A stretch of 64,000 nucleotides of DNA from an uncultured Christensenellaceae bacterium. Its GTDB lineage: Bacteria; Bacillota; Clostridia; Christensenellales; UBA3700. This document shows positions 8,654 through 18,012 of the stretch, piece after piece; within the stretch, counting starts at the first letter, position 1, and every line of letters begins with the position of its first letter. Under the pieces are notes generated by a model. The model had not been told where the DNA came from. It saw only the letters and a list, made by a program, of their open reading frames with translations, and ran no database searches. The stretch lies in assembly GCA_944383895.1 (NCBI GenBank), contig CALWRH010000004.1:17287-81286 (forward strand), written 5' to 3'. The position numbers and the translations under genes were made by a program.

Positions 8654-10222
8654 ATGGCTGACAAATTAAAATTGATACCTTACCCGTCAAAAGTCGAGTT
8701 CAAAGACGGCATTGCGGATTGCAGCTCCGTAAAGCTTTGCAACGACGCTGTCGTGAACGGCTTTGACGTGAAGGATTTTCTCGTAAAATACGGAGTTAAG
8801 ACGGAAGACGACGGACTTCCCGTTACGTTTGAACTAAGCGACGTTTCTGTAAAGGAGAAAGAGGGGTACAGACTCGATATCTGCAATGATAAAATCGGGA
8901 TAGAGGCATGCGCGCCTTGCGGACTTCTGTACGCTTTCGTAACGCTCGTGCAGCTGATAAACAACTATTCCGGCAGGATACCGTGTTGCCGTATAGATGA
9001 CGCTCCCGAGATATCTTACCGCGGTTTCATGCTCGATTCGGGCAGATATTTCTTTACGAAACAAGACGTTCTGAAGATAATAGATCTCTGTTTTCTCAAT
9101 AAGATAAACGTATTCCATTGGCATCTTACAGAAGATCAGGGGTGGCGTATCCAGATCGACAAATATCCGCTCCTTACCGAAAAGGGCAGCGTCAGATCGC
9201 ATACCAATTTCGGGTTCAGACCTCACGGCGGATATTATACAAAACAGGATGTAAAGGATATAATCGGGTATTGCCGTGCGAGAAATATCGAAGTGATACC
9301 CGAATTCGATATCCCCGGTCACTCTCAGGCGGCACTCGCGTGCTATCCGTGGCTGGGATGCTTTGACAGAAAGCTGGAAGTCGCCACGCACTCGGGCGTT
9401 AAACACGATATCCTGTGTGCGGGCAAGGAAAGCACCTACCGTTTCGTATTCGACGTGATAGACGAGATAGCTGAGATGTTCAAGGATTCACGCTATATCC
9501 ATCTCGGGGGCGACGAGGCGGTAAAGACGCGCTGGAAGATATGCCCTCACTGTCAGAAAAAGATGAAGGAACTCGGCATTGAAAAAGAAGACGCGTTGCA
9601 GGCTTACTTTATGGAAAGGGTCGCAGGTTACGTCGCGGACAAAGGTTTTACTCCGATAATGTGGAACGAAACCGATCTGTCCTTGCCCTGTCACGATAAG
9701 ATGGTATGGCAGCTCTGGACAACGGGAAACGGAGTCGTAAAGACAGAAGACATAGTATCTGCCGCATGCTCGAGAGGCGGTATAATAAACAGCGACAGTG
9801 CCTACGTTTATGTGGATCTGCCGTATGCTGATATAAATCTCGAAAAGAGTTATGCCTTCAAGCCCGTGCCCGAAGGAGCGGGAGATAAATTCATAGGCGC
9901 AGAGATCGCGCTGTGGAGCGAATACGTTCCCGATTTCGCAACCGCGTGCAGACGCATGCTTCCGAGGGCTTTGGCGATAGCGGAGGCAATGTGGGGCAAG
10001 CACGGAGAGGATTTTGACGGTTTCTGCAAAAGGCTTGACGCTACGCAAGAATTTTTAGAGAGGGCAGGTTATAAAGGCGTATCGGGAAAGACAGCCATGC
10101 CCGGCAAAGTCAGAGCTTTCTTTCAGAAGATGTGGTTCGAGCGCAGACAGTTGCATTGGCAGGGACTGCACAATCTTATAGACAACGCTGTCGTGAAAAT
10201 AAAATATTCGTCCGAGAGGTGA
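8654..10222 (+). CDS. Beta-N-acetylhexosaminidase (GH20)
   Basis: 522 aa. HWHLTEDQGWRIQI, IPEFDIPGHS, IHLGGDE. AGGAGGG SD. Confidence 0.9.
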   Translation: MADKLKLIPYPSKVEFKDGIADCSSVKLCNDAVVNGFDVKDFLVKYGVKTEDDGLPVTFELSDVSVKEKEGYRLDICNDKIGIEACAPCGLLYAFVTLVQLINNYSGRIPCCRIDDAPEISYRGFMLDSGRYFFTKQDVLKIIDLCFLNKINVFHWHLTEDQGWRIQIDKYPLLTEKGSVRSHTNFGFRPHGGYYTKQDVKDIIGYCRARNIEVIPEFDIPGHSQAALACYPWLGCFDRKLEVATHSGVKHDILCAGKESTYRFVFDVIDEIAEMFKDSRYIHLGGDEAVKTRWKICPHCQKKMKELGIEKEDALQAYFMERVAGYVADKGFTPIMWNETDLSLPCHDKMVWQLWTTGNGVVKTEDIVSAACSRGGIINSDSAYVYVDLPYADINLEKSYAFKPVPEGAGDKFIGAEIALWSEYVPDFATACRRMLPRALAIAEAMWGKHGEDFDGFCKRLDATQEFLERAGYKGVSGKTAMPGKVRAFFQKMWFERRQLHWQGLHNLIDNAVVKIKYSSER

Positions 10223-10225
10223 AAC

Positions 10226-11872
10226 ATGTTAGGTCAACCCATACTCAAATTCGCGTTCAGGTGCGGTGACGATATCCTGACTGCAAACGGCTCGAGAGAC
10301 GAGGTGGAATTTACTTGCGAGTATTCGGAAAAAGGTTACAAACTGTGGGTGCTCGCGCATAAAGACGTCACTCCGCTGATATGCGAGCTCAGATATTCTT
10401 ATCCGTATCCCGCAGGCGCAAAAGTGTTCGGCGGAGGTTTTCAGTCGTGGACGCATACGAGAGAATACGGAGAAAACGACGTCCAGAAAGGTCTGCGTCT
10501 GCCTGTGCGCTACGGGGCGGCGAGAAAATTCGCAGCGGCGTTCGGCGATTACGATTTTGCGAAATACAGTCGCAAAGCAGGGGATTGCCACTCTTTTTAT
10601 TACACCTACATAAGGGACGACAACGAATTTACTTTTGTCGGAAGTCTTGACGAAAGTCAGGGCTATACCGTGTTTTACCACAGCAGGGACAGAAAGGAAA
10701 TAAAGGTTGTGAAAGACCTCGAAGGTCTGACTCTGCGCGCGGGAGAGAGATACAAGCTTTACGATCTCTATTTTGACAAGGGTACTCAGGACGAAGTTTT
10801 CGACGCATATTTTTCTATGCTCGGTACAGATAAGCCGCGAGAGAAAAAGCTGTGCGGATATACGAGCTGGTACAATCTTTTCGGCAAAATAGACGAGGTC
10901 AGCATAATGAGAGATCTCGAGGGACTAAAAAAAGCCGACGTCGGAGCAACGATATTTCAGATAGACGACGGATATCAGGCGGCAGTAGGGGATTGGCTCG
11001 AAACAGACTCCGAAAAGTTTCCTTCGGGCATGAAAAAGCTGTGCGAAGAAATACATGCGCGCGGTTTCAAGGCAGGGCTCTGGCTTGCGCCTTATCTTTG
11101 CGCGAGGAACAGCCGCGTTGCTAAAGAACATCCCGACTGGCTCGTCAAAAATGACGGAAAACCCGTCATAGGCAACATCGGTTGGGGAGGCGCGTACGTG
11201 CTCGACTCTACCAACGGAGAAGTAAAGGAGTACCTCAAAAAAGTGTTCGATACCGTGCTCGGGGATTGGGGGTACGATATGGTAAAACTCGACTTCCTCT
11301 ATGCCGCGGCGATGTATCCCAAGTGCGGAAAAACAAGAGGAGAGCTCATGATTGACGCAATGAAGTTTTTGCGTGCCCGTGTAGGAAAAAAGTGGTTACT
11401 CGGTTGCGGTGTGCCGCTTTTCCCCGCGTTCGGGACGTGCGATTTCTGCAGAGTAGGCAGCGATGTGGATCTGAGTTTTAACGAGAGGGTATTCTCGAAA
11501 CTCACCAACAACGAAATAGTTTCGACATACAACGCGATCACTTCTTCTGTGTTCAGACATCATCTCAACGGCAGAGCTTTCACATGCGACCCCGACGTAT
11601 TTTTCTTGAGAAAAGACAATATAAAGTTCAGCGACGCGCAGAAGAAATTGCTTGCCAAAGTCAATTCTCTCGTAGGCGGAGTGCTTTTCGTTTCGGACAA
11701 CGCAGGCGATTACGGAGAGGAAGAAAAGCGCATCATGAAGGAGAGTTTTTCGCGTGATGCAACGGTAAAAGACGTGCGTTATTTGTCCAAAAACGTGATA
11801 CAGATAAGCTATACCGAGAAAGGAAAAGACGAAAAACTCTGTTTCAATATAAGAAACGGCAGGACAGTTTAG
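10226..11872 (+). CDS. Alpha-galactosidase-like glycoside hydrolase (GH36/clan GH-D type)
   Basis: 548 aa. FQIDDGYQ, GFKAGLWLAPY, YDMVKLDFLY. Starts 4 nt after the GH20 stop. Confidence 0.7.
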   Translation: MLGQPILKFAFRCGDDILTANGSRDEVEFTCEYSEKGYKLWVLAHKDVTPLICELRYSYPYPAGAKVFGGGFQSWTHTREYGENDVQKGLRLPVRYGAARKFAAAFGDYDFAKYSRKAGDCHSFYYTYIRDDNEFTFVGSLDESQGYTVFYHSRDRKEIKVVKDLEGLTLRAGERYKLYDLYFDKGTQDEVFDAYFSMLGTDKPREKKLCGYTSWYNLFGKIDEVSIMRDLEGLKKADVGATIFQIDDGYQAAVGDWLETDSEKFPSGMKKLCEEIHARGFKAGLWLAPYLCARNSRVAKEHPDWLVKNDGKPVIGNIGWGGAYVLDSTNGEVKEYLKKVFDTVLGDWGYDMVKLDFLYAAAMYPKCGKTRGELMIDAMKFLRARVGKKWLLGCGVPLFPAFGTCDFCRVGSDVDLSFNERVFSKLTNNEIVSTYNAITSSVFRHHLNGRAFTCDPDVFFLRKDNIKFSDAQKKLLAKVNSLVGGVLFVSDNAGDYGEEEKRIMKESFSRDATVKDVRYLSKNVIQISYTEKGKDEKLCFNIRNGRTV

Positions 11873-11979
11873 TGCTGAAACGGGCATAAATATACATTTC
11901 TGCCCGTTTATGTATTTTTTAATATTGAATATGCGATTATTTGCACGACGCGTCGTGCGTATGTTATTATAATGAAGAT

Positions 11980-14550
11980 ATGAAAGAAATAAGACTTCTT
12001 AAAAAACTCGAGCGTGCGCGCAACAAGAAAAAGCACGACAGTCATAAACTGAAAAACGCAGAAAAGTTTTTCCCGACCACAGATACGGGGCTTACTGCGG
12101 AACAGGTTGAGATACGCGTCAGAGACGGTCTTATAAACAAAAAGACCGACAATTCGAGCAAATCATACTTCAGAATAGTTTTCGAAAACATTTTCAATTT
12201 CTGCAATACGGTTACGATACTTCTCGTAATATTGTTGCTCGCGATAGGCGCATGGGATTATACGCTGTCATCGAGCATCATTTTCATCAACATAGCCATC
12301 GGTATAATTCAGGAAATAAAAGCCAAATGGACGGTGCAGAAACTGTCCCTTGTCGCTCAGTCCAAGTGCGACGTGGTTCGCGACGGCAAGCGCGTGAATA
12401 TCAACACAGCGGATCTCGTGCTCGAAGACGTATTCTATATACACGCGGGAGCGCAGGTCCCCGTCGACGCGGTAGTTCAGAGCGGTTACATAGAGGTCGA
12501 CGAATCTATCATAAGCGGAGAATCCCGTCCCGTGCGCAAAGAAGCGGGCGCAAATATCCTTGCAGGCAGCAACGTGCACGAGGGCGAGGCGTGTTGCATA
12601 GCGACGCGCGTAGGAAGGGACAGATATATCGAAGGCGTTTCCAAGGTAGCGAAACGCGTCAGCAAGCCCAAAAGCCGTATATTCTCGGTGCTCGATTCCC
12701 TTATCAAGGGCATAACCGTAGTGCTTGTGATACTTGCGGGATTTTTGCTTGCCGCTGACAGAATAACGGTCGGCGGAGCGTGGAAAGATACCGTGATCAC
12801 GGTTTCGAGCAGCGTGCTGGGCATGATACCTATAGGCATGTTCCTGCTGACTTCTACCGCGCTTGCGGCAAGCGTGCTCAAGCTTTCTAAAAAGCATGCG
12901 CTCGCACAGGATCTGTCGGGTATAGAAATGCTTGCGCTCACCGATACGCTGCTCCTCGACAAGACGGGCACTATCACGGACGGAAAGCTCGAACTCGTTG
13001 AAACCGTAAAGGTCGGGGATATAGAGAGCCCCGTAGACTTGCTCAATACGATAATGAGTGCGACACACGACAGCAAATCCACTGCGCTCGCTCTTTTGCA
13101 GGGAGTGGGAGAAGGCGAGATAATGCCGGTAAGCGACGTGATGAGTTTCAACAGCGCGCGCAAGTACAGTGCGGTTACGCTCGAAGGCGGCGCGACTTAC
13201 GTTCTCGGCGCGCCCGATTTCGTAGGAGTGCTCGAGGGCAAAGTCAAAGAGGCTGTCAGCAACAATTCCTCAAAGGGAAGAAGAAGTATTCTCTTATCGC
13301 GTTTTGACGGATCGATAGCTGATATTGACAAGACGAAGACGGTGCCGTGTTTCGTATTCGCGCTCGAGGACACGTTGCGCTCTAATATCCGTAAGACGCT
13401 CGACTGGTTTTACGAAAACGACGTAGACATAAAGATAATTTCGGGCGACGATCCCGTAACGGTTGCAAATATTGCAGGCAAGGCGGGGCTTAAGAATTGC
13501 GATCACAGCGTCAACTGCGCAGAGCTTGACGAAGAAAGTCTGAGAGCGGTCGCTGCTGATACGGCGGTATTCGGCAGAGTTTCGCCCGAGCAGAAGGCGA
13601 CGATCGTAAAACAACTTCAGAGCGAAGGCAGGACCGTAGGTATGATAGGCGACGGCGTCAACGACGTTCAGGCGCTCAAAGAGGCGGACTGCTCGATATC
13701 TTTCGCAAGCGCAAACGACGTGGCGAGAAATATTTCGAGAATTATCCTTATGGACAACGATTTCGCGTCCATGCCCGATATAGTCAAAGAGGGCAGACAG
13801 GTCATAGGCAATATAGAAAAGGTTTCCGCGCTGTACATTATGAAGAATATATTCGTAATGTTCATGACTTTGCTTTATGCGATAATCACAATAGTTACAA
13901 AAGTCAACAGCTATCCTTTCGATACCAAGAAAATGCTGATGATAGAGTTTTTCGTCATCGGCGTGCCGACCTTCCTGTTTGCGTTGCAACCGACGAAAGC
14001 GCGGCCTAAAGGCAATTTCCTTAGAAACGTGCTGAAATCTTCTCTGTCGGCTGCGGTAGGACTTATTGCGGCTACGGGATTTATAATGATAATGAACGCG
14101 GCGGTAATAGATTATTCTCCGATAGCGTCTACGCCCGAAGCGGTGGAGGCTGTCAAAGCGGTCATGGCTACTTTTGCGCTCACTATGGCGGGATTCGTGT
14201 GTCTGACTGTGATAAGCATGCCGCCCAATAAATTCAGACTTTCGGTCATTGCCGTTATGTTTGTCGTATCTCTGCTTGCAATATGGTTCGACAACAGGTT
14301 TATGGACGGGACTTTCCTCGGCATGAATTTCGTTCCTCTCGAATACGCGTGGTGGATAATAGTAAGTTCCGTTATCGCTCTTGTCGCAATGCTCGGTACG
14401 AAGTGGATAATAACTTATTTCGACAATAAGTACGGAGAAAAGATAGTCGAAGGCATGGACGAAAAAATACGCGACTTCAAACGCAAGAGGATAGAGAAAT
14501 ACAACAAAAGACAAGAGGAGAAAGAAGAGAAGGGTGGACAAAAAGAATAA
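11980..14550 (+). CDS. Cation-translocating P-type ATPase
   Basis: SGES, phosphorylation site DKTGTITDG, hinge GDGVNDVQALKEAD, about 10 TM segments. The ATG at 11980 (MKEIRLL) is preferred to the track's TTG at 11941. Confidence 0.9.
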   Translation: MKEIRLLKKLERARNKKKHDSHKLKNAEKFFPTTDTGLTAEQVEIRVRDGLINKKTDNSSKSYFRIVFENIFNFCNTVTILLVILLLAIGAWDYTLSSSIIFINIAIGIIQEIKAKWTVQKLSLVAQSKCDVVRDGKRVNINTADLVLEDVFYIHAGAQVPVDAVVQSGYIEVDESIISGESRPVRKEAGANILAGSNVHEGEACCIATRVGRDRYIEGVSKVAKRVSKPKSRIFSVLDSLIKGITVVLVILAGFLLAADRITVGGAWKDTVITVSSSVLGMIPIGMFLLTSTALAASVLKLSKKHALAQDLSGIEMLALTDTLLLDKTGTITDGKLELVETVKVGDIESPVDLLNTIMSATHDSKSTALALLQGVGEGEIMPVSDVMSFNSARKYSAVTLEGGATYVLGAPDFVGVLEGKVKEAVSNNSSKGRRSILLSRFDGSIADIDKTKTVPCFVFALEDTLRSNIRKTLDWFYENDVDIKIISGDDPVTVANIAGKAGLKNCDHSVNCAELDEESLRAVAADTAVFGRVSPEQKATIVKQLQSEGRTVGMIGDGVNDVQALKEADCSISFASANDVARNISRIILMDNDFASMPDIVKEGRQVIGNIEKVSALYIMKNIFVMFMTLLYAIITIVTKVNSYPFDTKKMLMIEFFVIGVPTFLFALQPTKARPKGNFLRNVLKSSLSAAVGLIAATGFIMIMNAAVIDYSPIASTPEAVEAVKAVMATFALTMAGFVCLTVISMPPNKFRLSVIAVMFVVSLLAIWFDNRFMDGTFLGMNFVPLEYAWWIIVSSVIALVAMLGTKWIITYFDNKYGEKIVEGMDEKIRDFKRKRIEKYNKRQEEKEEKGGQKE

Positions 14551-15280
14551 TCCTCACGTAAATCACAGAGAAAGGATGCGTACGAGAGTAGCGGAAAATT
14601 CTCTCGATTCGCTGAACGAGCACGAGGTGCTCGAATATCTTTTGTATCCGTTTATTCCGCGCAAGGACACCAACGGCATAGCTCACGATCTTATATCGAA
14701 GTTCGGTTCGCTTGCCGCCGTGCTCGACAGCGATCCTGTCGCGCTTTCCGCGGTAAAAGGCATGACTAAAAACGCGTCTTTGTATCTCAGCAGCATGTCG
14801 TCGCTTGCAAGGCGTTATTATTCGAGCAAAATGCTGCAAAAGCCTAAAATGGAAACGCGCGGGCAGATACTCGATTATCTGAAAAGCTTTATGAGCACGC
14901 TCGAAGAAGAGCGTATTTACGCGATATGCGTAGACAGTGCGGGAAGGCTGAAAGAGCGTTGCGAGCTCGGCAAGGGTACGAGCGACGATTGCAAACTGCG
15001 CGTCAGAGAGCTCATCATGTTGTGTCAGAATTCTCAGACGAAATACGTTTATCTCGCTCACAATCATCCGTCAGGCATCGCCAAACCGTCAGTCGAAGAT
15101 ATAGAATTTACCAAGTGGGCGGTTACGGCATGCGAAATGATGGACGTGCTTCTGATAGACCATATAATAATCGCAAAAGACGGACATTACAGCTTTCAGC
15201 AGGACGGGAAACTCGACGAATTCAGGAAGTCCTATCTGAAATTCGTCGACGAGGGCAGGATTTCCGACAGGAGGAATTGA
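14534..15280 (+). CDS. RadC-like JAB/MPN domain protein
   Basis: N-terminal HRERMRTR...EVLEYLL helix-hairpin-helix-like region and the HNHPSG JAB motif. GTG start overlaps the ATPase gene end. Confidence 0.8.
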   Translation: MDKKNNPHVNHRERMRTRVAENSLDSLNEHEVLEYLLYPFIPRKDTNGIAHDLISKFGSLAAVLDSDPVALSAVKGMTKNASLYLSSMSSLARRYYSSKMLQKPKMETRGQILDYLKSFMSTLEEERIYAICVDSAGRLKERCELGKGTSDDCKLRVRELIMLCQNSQTKYVYLAHNHPSGIAKPSVEDIEFTKWAVTACEMMDVLLIDHIIIAKDGHYSFQQDGKLDEFRKSYLKFVDEGRISDRRN

Positions 15281-15281
15281 T

Positions 15282-15938
15282 ATGCCCCGTCCGATTTTAC
15301 GCAGTTACCGCCTGACCGAGGGCGGCATAGATTTCACCGTTGTCAGGAAAAGAGTCAAGAATACCACGATAAGGATAAAAAACGGCGAAGTAGTAGTTAC
15401 CGCTCCGCTTTACGACAGCGACGCAAAGACGTGCTCCGTTGTCGCAAAACATGCAGAGTGGATAAGAAAGCATCTGTCTGCCTCCGAAAAGACAAAAGGC
15501 AAAGTATTGCTTTTCGGGAAACTATACGACAGAGTTGACGAAACTGCTCCGCGCGCCTCGGTGAGTTTCGAAAACGGCATTTGCATCGTAAGAGGAAAGG
15601 ACGGAGAAAAAAGAGAAAAAGCTCTTCTCGGTTTTTACAAAAAAGCGATAACGCCGCTGCTTGAACCGTTGTTCGATAAGTGGCAGAAAACGACGGGACT
15701 TTATGCAAGCAAGGTCGCAGTCACGTCTGCACGTTCGTATCTCGGCAGATGCGAGGTGAATACGCGTATTATAAAAATAAGCTGTCGTCTTGCCGAGAAA
15801 GACATAAGCGTTATAGATTACGTCGTACTGCACGAGCTGTGTCATATACGTCATGCGGGGCATCAGCGCGACTTTTATGCGCTTGTTGCAAAATACATGC
15901 CCGATTACAAAGAAAGAATAAAACTCATGAAAAAATGA
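15282..15938 (+). CDS. YgjP-like (DUF45/M48-type) metal-dependent hydrolase
   Basis: 218 aa. Zinc motif HELCHIRHAGH near the C-terminus. Starts 2 nt after the radC-like stop. Confidence 0.8.
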   Translation: MPRPILRSYRLTEGGIDFTVVRKRVKNTTIRIKNGEVVVTAPLYDSDAKTCSVVAKHAEWIRKHLSASEKTKGKVLLFGKLYDRVDETAPRASVSFENGICIVRGKDGEKREKALLGFYKKAITPLLEPLFDKWQKTTGLYASKVAVTSARSYLGRCEVNTRIIKISCRLAEKDISVIDYVVLHELCHIRHAGHQRDFYALVAKYMPDYKERIKLMKK

Positions 15939-16045
15939 CGATTGGTCAAGCGGCATAAAACGGGAAAAGCTGTATAAAACGGCTCATGAAAACGCTCTTT
16001 ATAAGGGCGTTTTTTTATGCCTTCCGAAATGCGTCATAACGCGGT

Positions 16046-16137
16046 TTATCTACACATATAAATGATTATGCCGGCGGTTGTTTTTATGCGGAGTTATCCA
16101 CAAGAACGGATGTTTTGGTGGATAAGTCTGTGGATAA
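16046..16137. promoter_or_regulatory. DnaA-box cluster (2 perfect and 2 one-mismatch 9-mers)
   Basis: TTATCTACA at 16046-16054. TTATCCACA at 16094-16102. GGTGGATAA at 16117-16125. TGTGGATAA at 16129-16137. Confidence 0.6.
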
Positions 16138-16207
16138 CTGTTCAATAATGCCGCTTTTCGCAAATTTTCGCATGTTTGCGACAAGTTTTGCAGACGGGAG
16201 AAATTAT

Positions 16208-16891
16208 ATGGTTTTTATAGGAAAAAAGACTGTGATCTGCGTAGTTGCCGCAACGCTGGTTTTCGCATTGACGGCGGTAGGAGTATTTACCGTTGCAAAG
16301 ACGGTTGCGAACTCTTATGTTCCTCTCGGCGCGGTAGTCGTTATAGACGCCGGGCACGGCGGTATGGACGGCGGAGTGGTTGGAGTAACGGGGACAAAAG
16401 AGAGCGATCTCAATCTGAAAATAGCTATGTGTCTTGGCGATATACTGACTGCAAAAGGCGTATACGTCGTTTATACGAGAGAAAACGAAAATTCGCTTTC
16501 AGACAGCAAGAGGGAAGATATGAAGATGCGTGCGGAGATAATAAAGGAAAGTCGCCCCGACTGCGTCGTAAGTATACATCTCAACAGTTACAGCGACGCT
16601 GCGCGCAGAGGCGTGCAGGTATTTTACGACGATACGGGCAGAGGAGAGTCGTTTGCCTCGCTTATGCAGGAAAGGCTTAACGCGACGATAAATTACCGAT
16701 ACAGCAAGAGGAGCGACCTTGCTCCGCAATCGGGTGATTTCTATATCACCAAATGCGCGGCGGTACCGTCTATAATTATCGAGTGCGGTTTTATATCCAA
16801 CGCAGAGGACGAAAGTCTGCTGAAAACTGAAAATTTCAGGCGTGAACTGTGCAGGGAGATAGCAGACGGCATAATATTAGCCGTAGCGTAG
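16208..16891 (+). CDS. N-acetylmuramoyl-L-alanine amidase (Amidase_3, CwlD-like)
   Basis: VVIDAGHGGMDGG, SIHLNS, IIECGFISN. N-terminal signal-anchor. ATG at 16208 with a GGGAG SD is preferred over the track's TTG at 16115, which lies inside the DnaA-box cluster. Confidence 0.85.
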   Translation: MVFIGKKTVICVVAATLVFALTAVGVFTVAKTVANSYVPLGAVVVIDAGHGGMDGGVVGVTGTKESDLNLKIAMCLGDILTAKGVYVVYTRENENSLSDSKREDMKMRAEIIKESRPDCVVSIHLNSYSDAARRGVQVFYDDTGRGESFASLMQERLNATINYRYSKRSDLAPQSGDFYITKCAAVPSIIIECGFISNAEDESLLKTENFRRELCREIADGIILAVA

Positions 16892-16914
16892 CCCTATAAC
16901 AGAGCAAAAAGGCA

Positions 16915-16934
16915 CCCTCCGCGGTTGCGGAGGG
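16915..16934. terminator. Bidirectional hairpin terminator between convergent genes
   Basis: CCCTCCGC-GGTT-GCGGAGGG. On the minus strand a T-run follows (plus-strand AAAAAGG at 16906-16912). Confidence 0.7.
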
Positions 16935-16944
16935 CTATTTGATG

Positions 16945-17772
16945 TCAGAGAACTCTGCGGCCTTCTATGAAATAAGACCAACGTTTTGAAGATATCTGCT
17001 CGATAACGGCGTGATCGCTCGCCGTATGCAGGATATAGTTGTCGCCGAGGTATATCGCGACGTGTCCCACTCTTTCAGTGCCGGTAAGGTTGTAACGGGA
17101 AGAATTGGTGAAGAACATGAGGTCGCCTCTTTTCAGATTATCGCGCGTTACGCGCACGCCCTGCAGAACCTGTGTTCTCGTCGTTACGTCGAGGAGAACG
17201 CCTGCTCCTTTATAATAAGCGTATTGGGTAAGCGCCGAGCAGTCGAATTCTCCCGCAACGAAATTGGTGTTGAGGATCCCGTTGCCCCAGTGGTAACGCT
17301 GACTGCCCCAGACGTAAGGATATCCGAGCAGAGATTTGCCTACTGTGATTACGCTTTCTACTTTTTCGTCGCCTTTGTCCATACGGTACAGCGTAGAGTA
17401 TGAGCTGTTTGCGGAAACGTAGGCAACGCGTTCTTTATAAACTGTTTTATACCATCCGTCTTCGAGTGCGATAAACGCGACCATGTCTCCTTTGTCGAGA
17501 GTGCCGAGAGAAGAATAGGACGTGCCTTTTCCGCTCCGCACGTTAAGTCCGTTGGTCAGGGAAACAACGAGAGTGTCCTGATCCGAAACGGAAGGGGATT
17601 GATTGTCGCCGCCCTGGTTTTGTCCGACGTAGTTTGCATATATCAACGCGTCGATTTTGTCCGCGATAGAAAAAGCGAATACTTTATTGTAGTCAGACTG
17701 CCCGCAAGATACAAGCGCGAACGCCGAAACGGCTATTACGGCGATAGCGACGATAATTGTTACGGTCTTCAT
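16945..17772 (-). CDS. NlpC/P60 (C40) cell-wall peptidase with SH3 domain, lipoprotein
   Basis: Signal peptide plus lipobox LVSCG. SH3-like LNVRSGKGTSYSSLGTLDKGDMV. Catalytic FDCSALTQYAY and GHVAIYLG. Confidence 0.85.
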   Translation of the reverse strand: MKTVTIIVAIAVIAVSAFALVSCGQSDYNKVFAFSIADKIDALIYANYVGQNQGGDNQSPSVSDQDTLVVSLTNGLNVRSGKGTSYSSLGTLDKGDMVAFIALEDGWYKTVYKERVAYVSANSSYSTLYRMDKGDEKVESVITVGKSLLGYPYVWGSQRYHWGNGILNTNFVAGEFDCSALTQYAYYKGAGVLLDVTTRTQVLQGVRVTRDNLKRGDLMFFTNSSRYNLTGTERVGHVAIYLGDNYILHTASDHAVIEQISSKRWSYFIEGRRVL

Positions 17773-17882
17773 TTTCCTGCCTCCATTGATGTGATTACGG
17801 GTATCGCCCGCACCGTTATTTTATAATGCACGGTGCAAAAGGGTCAACGCACAAATTTTTCCAATGGGAAATATCATGTATG

Positions 17883-17903
17883 TGTTTGTTATTTTAACAA
17901 ACA
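17883..17903. promoter_or_regulatory. Perfect 9-bp inverted repeat in a divergent promoter region (candidate operator)
   Basis: TGTTTGTTA-TTT-TAACAAACA between the NlpC/P60 and GH27 genes. Confidence 0.35.
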
Positions 17904-17945
17904 TAACACTAAGTGTGAGAAAAACAAACCAAGTGAAACTCCTTG

Positions 17946-17974
17946 TTGTAATGGCGTTTTGCGTATGCTATAAT
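17946..17974 (+). promoter_or_regulatory. Extended -10 sigma-A promoter for the GH27 gene
   Basis: TTGTAA (17946-17951), 17-nt spacer ending in TGC, TATAAT (17969-17974). Confidence 0.6.
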
Positions 17975-18012
17975 AGACGCAGCGGAAAGTTATCCGCATT
18001 ACGGAGGATATT

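Noticed and set aside
14534-15938. The RadC-like JAB protein and DUF45 metallo-hydrolase pair as a possible defence or anti-restriction module.
   Set aside because: Both are common chromosomal housekeeping-type genes. No mobile-element context, nuclease, ATPase or toxin partner is adjacent.
16046-16137. Interpretation of the DnaA-box cluster as the chromosomal origin oriC.
   Set aside because: No dnaA/dnaN or rpmH/rnpA genes are nearby, there is no clear AT-rich unwinding element, and only four boxes are present. I kept it as an extra-origin DnaA-box cluster instead.
17773-17830. Possible c-di-AMP (ydaO-type) riboswitch ahead of the NlpC/P60 gene.
   Set aside because: The distance between the candidate promoter and the start codon is only about 50 nt, far shorter than that riboswitch, and I saw none of its conserved elements.
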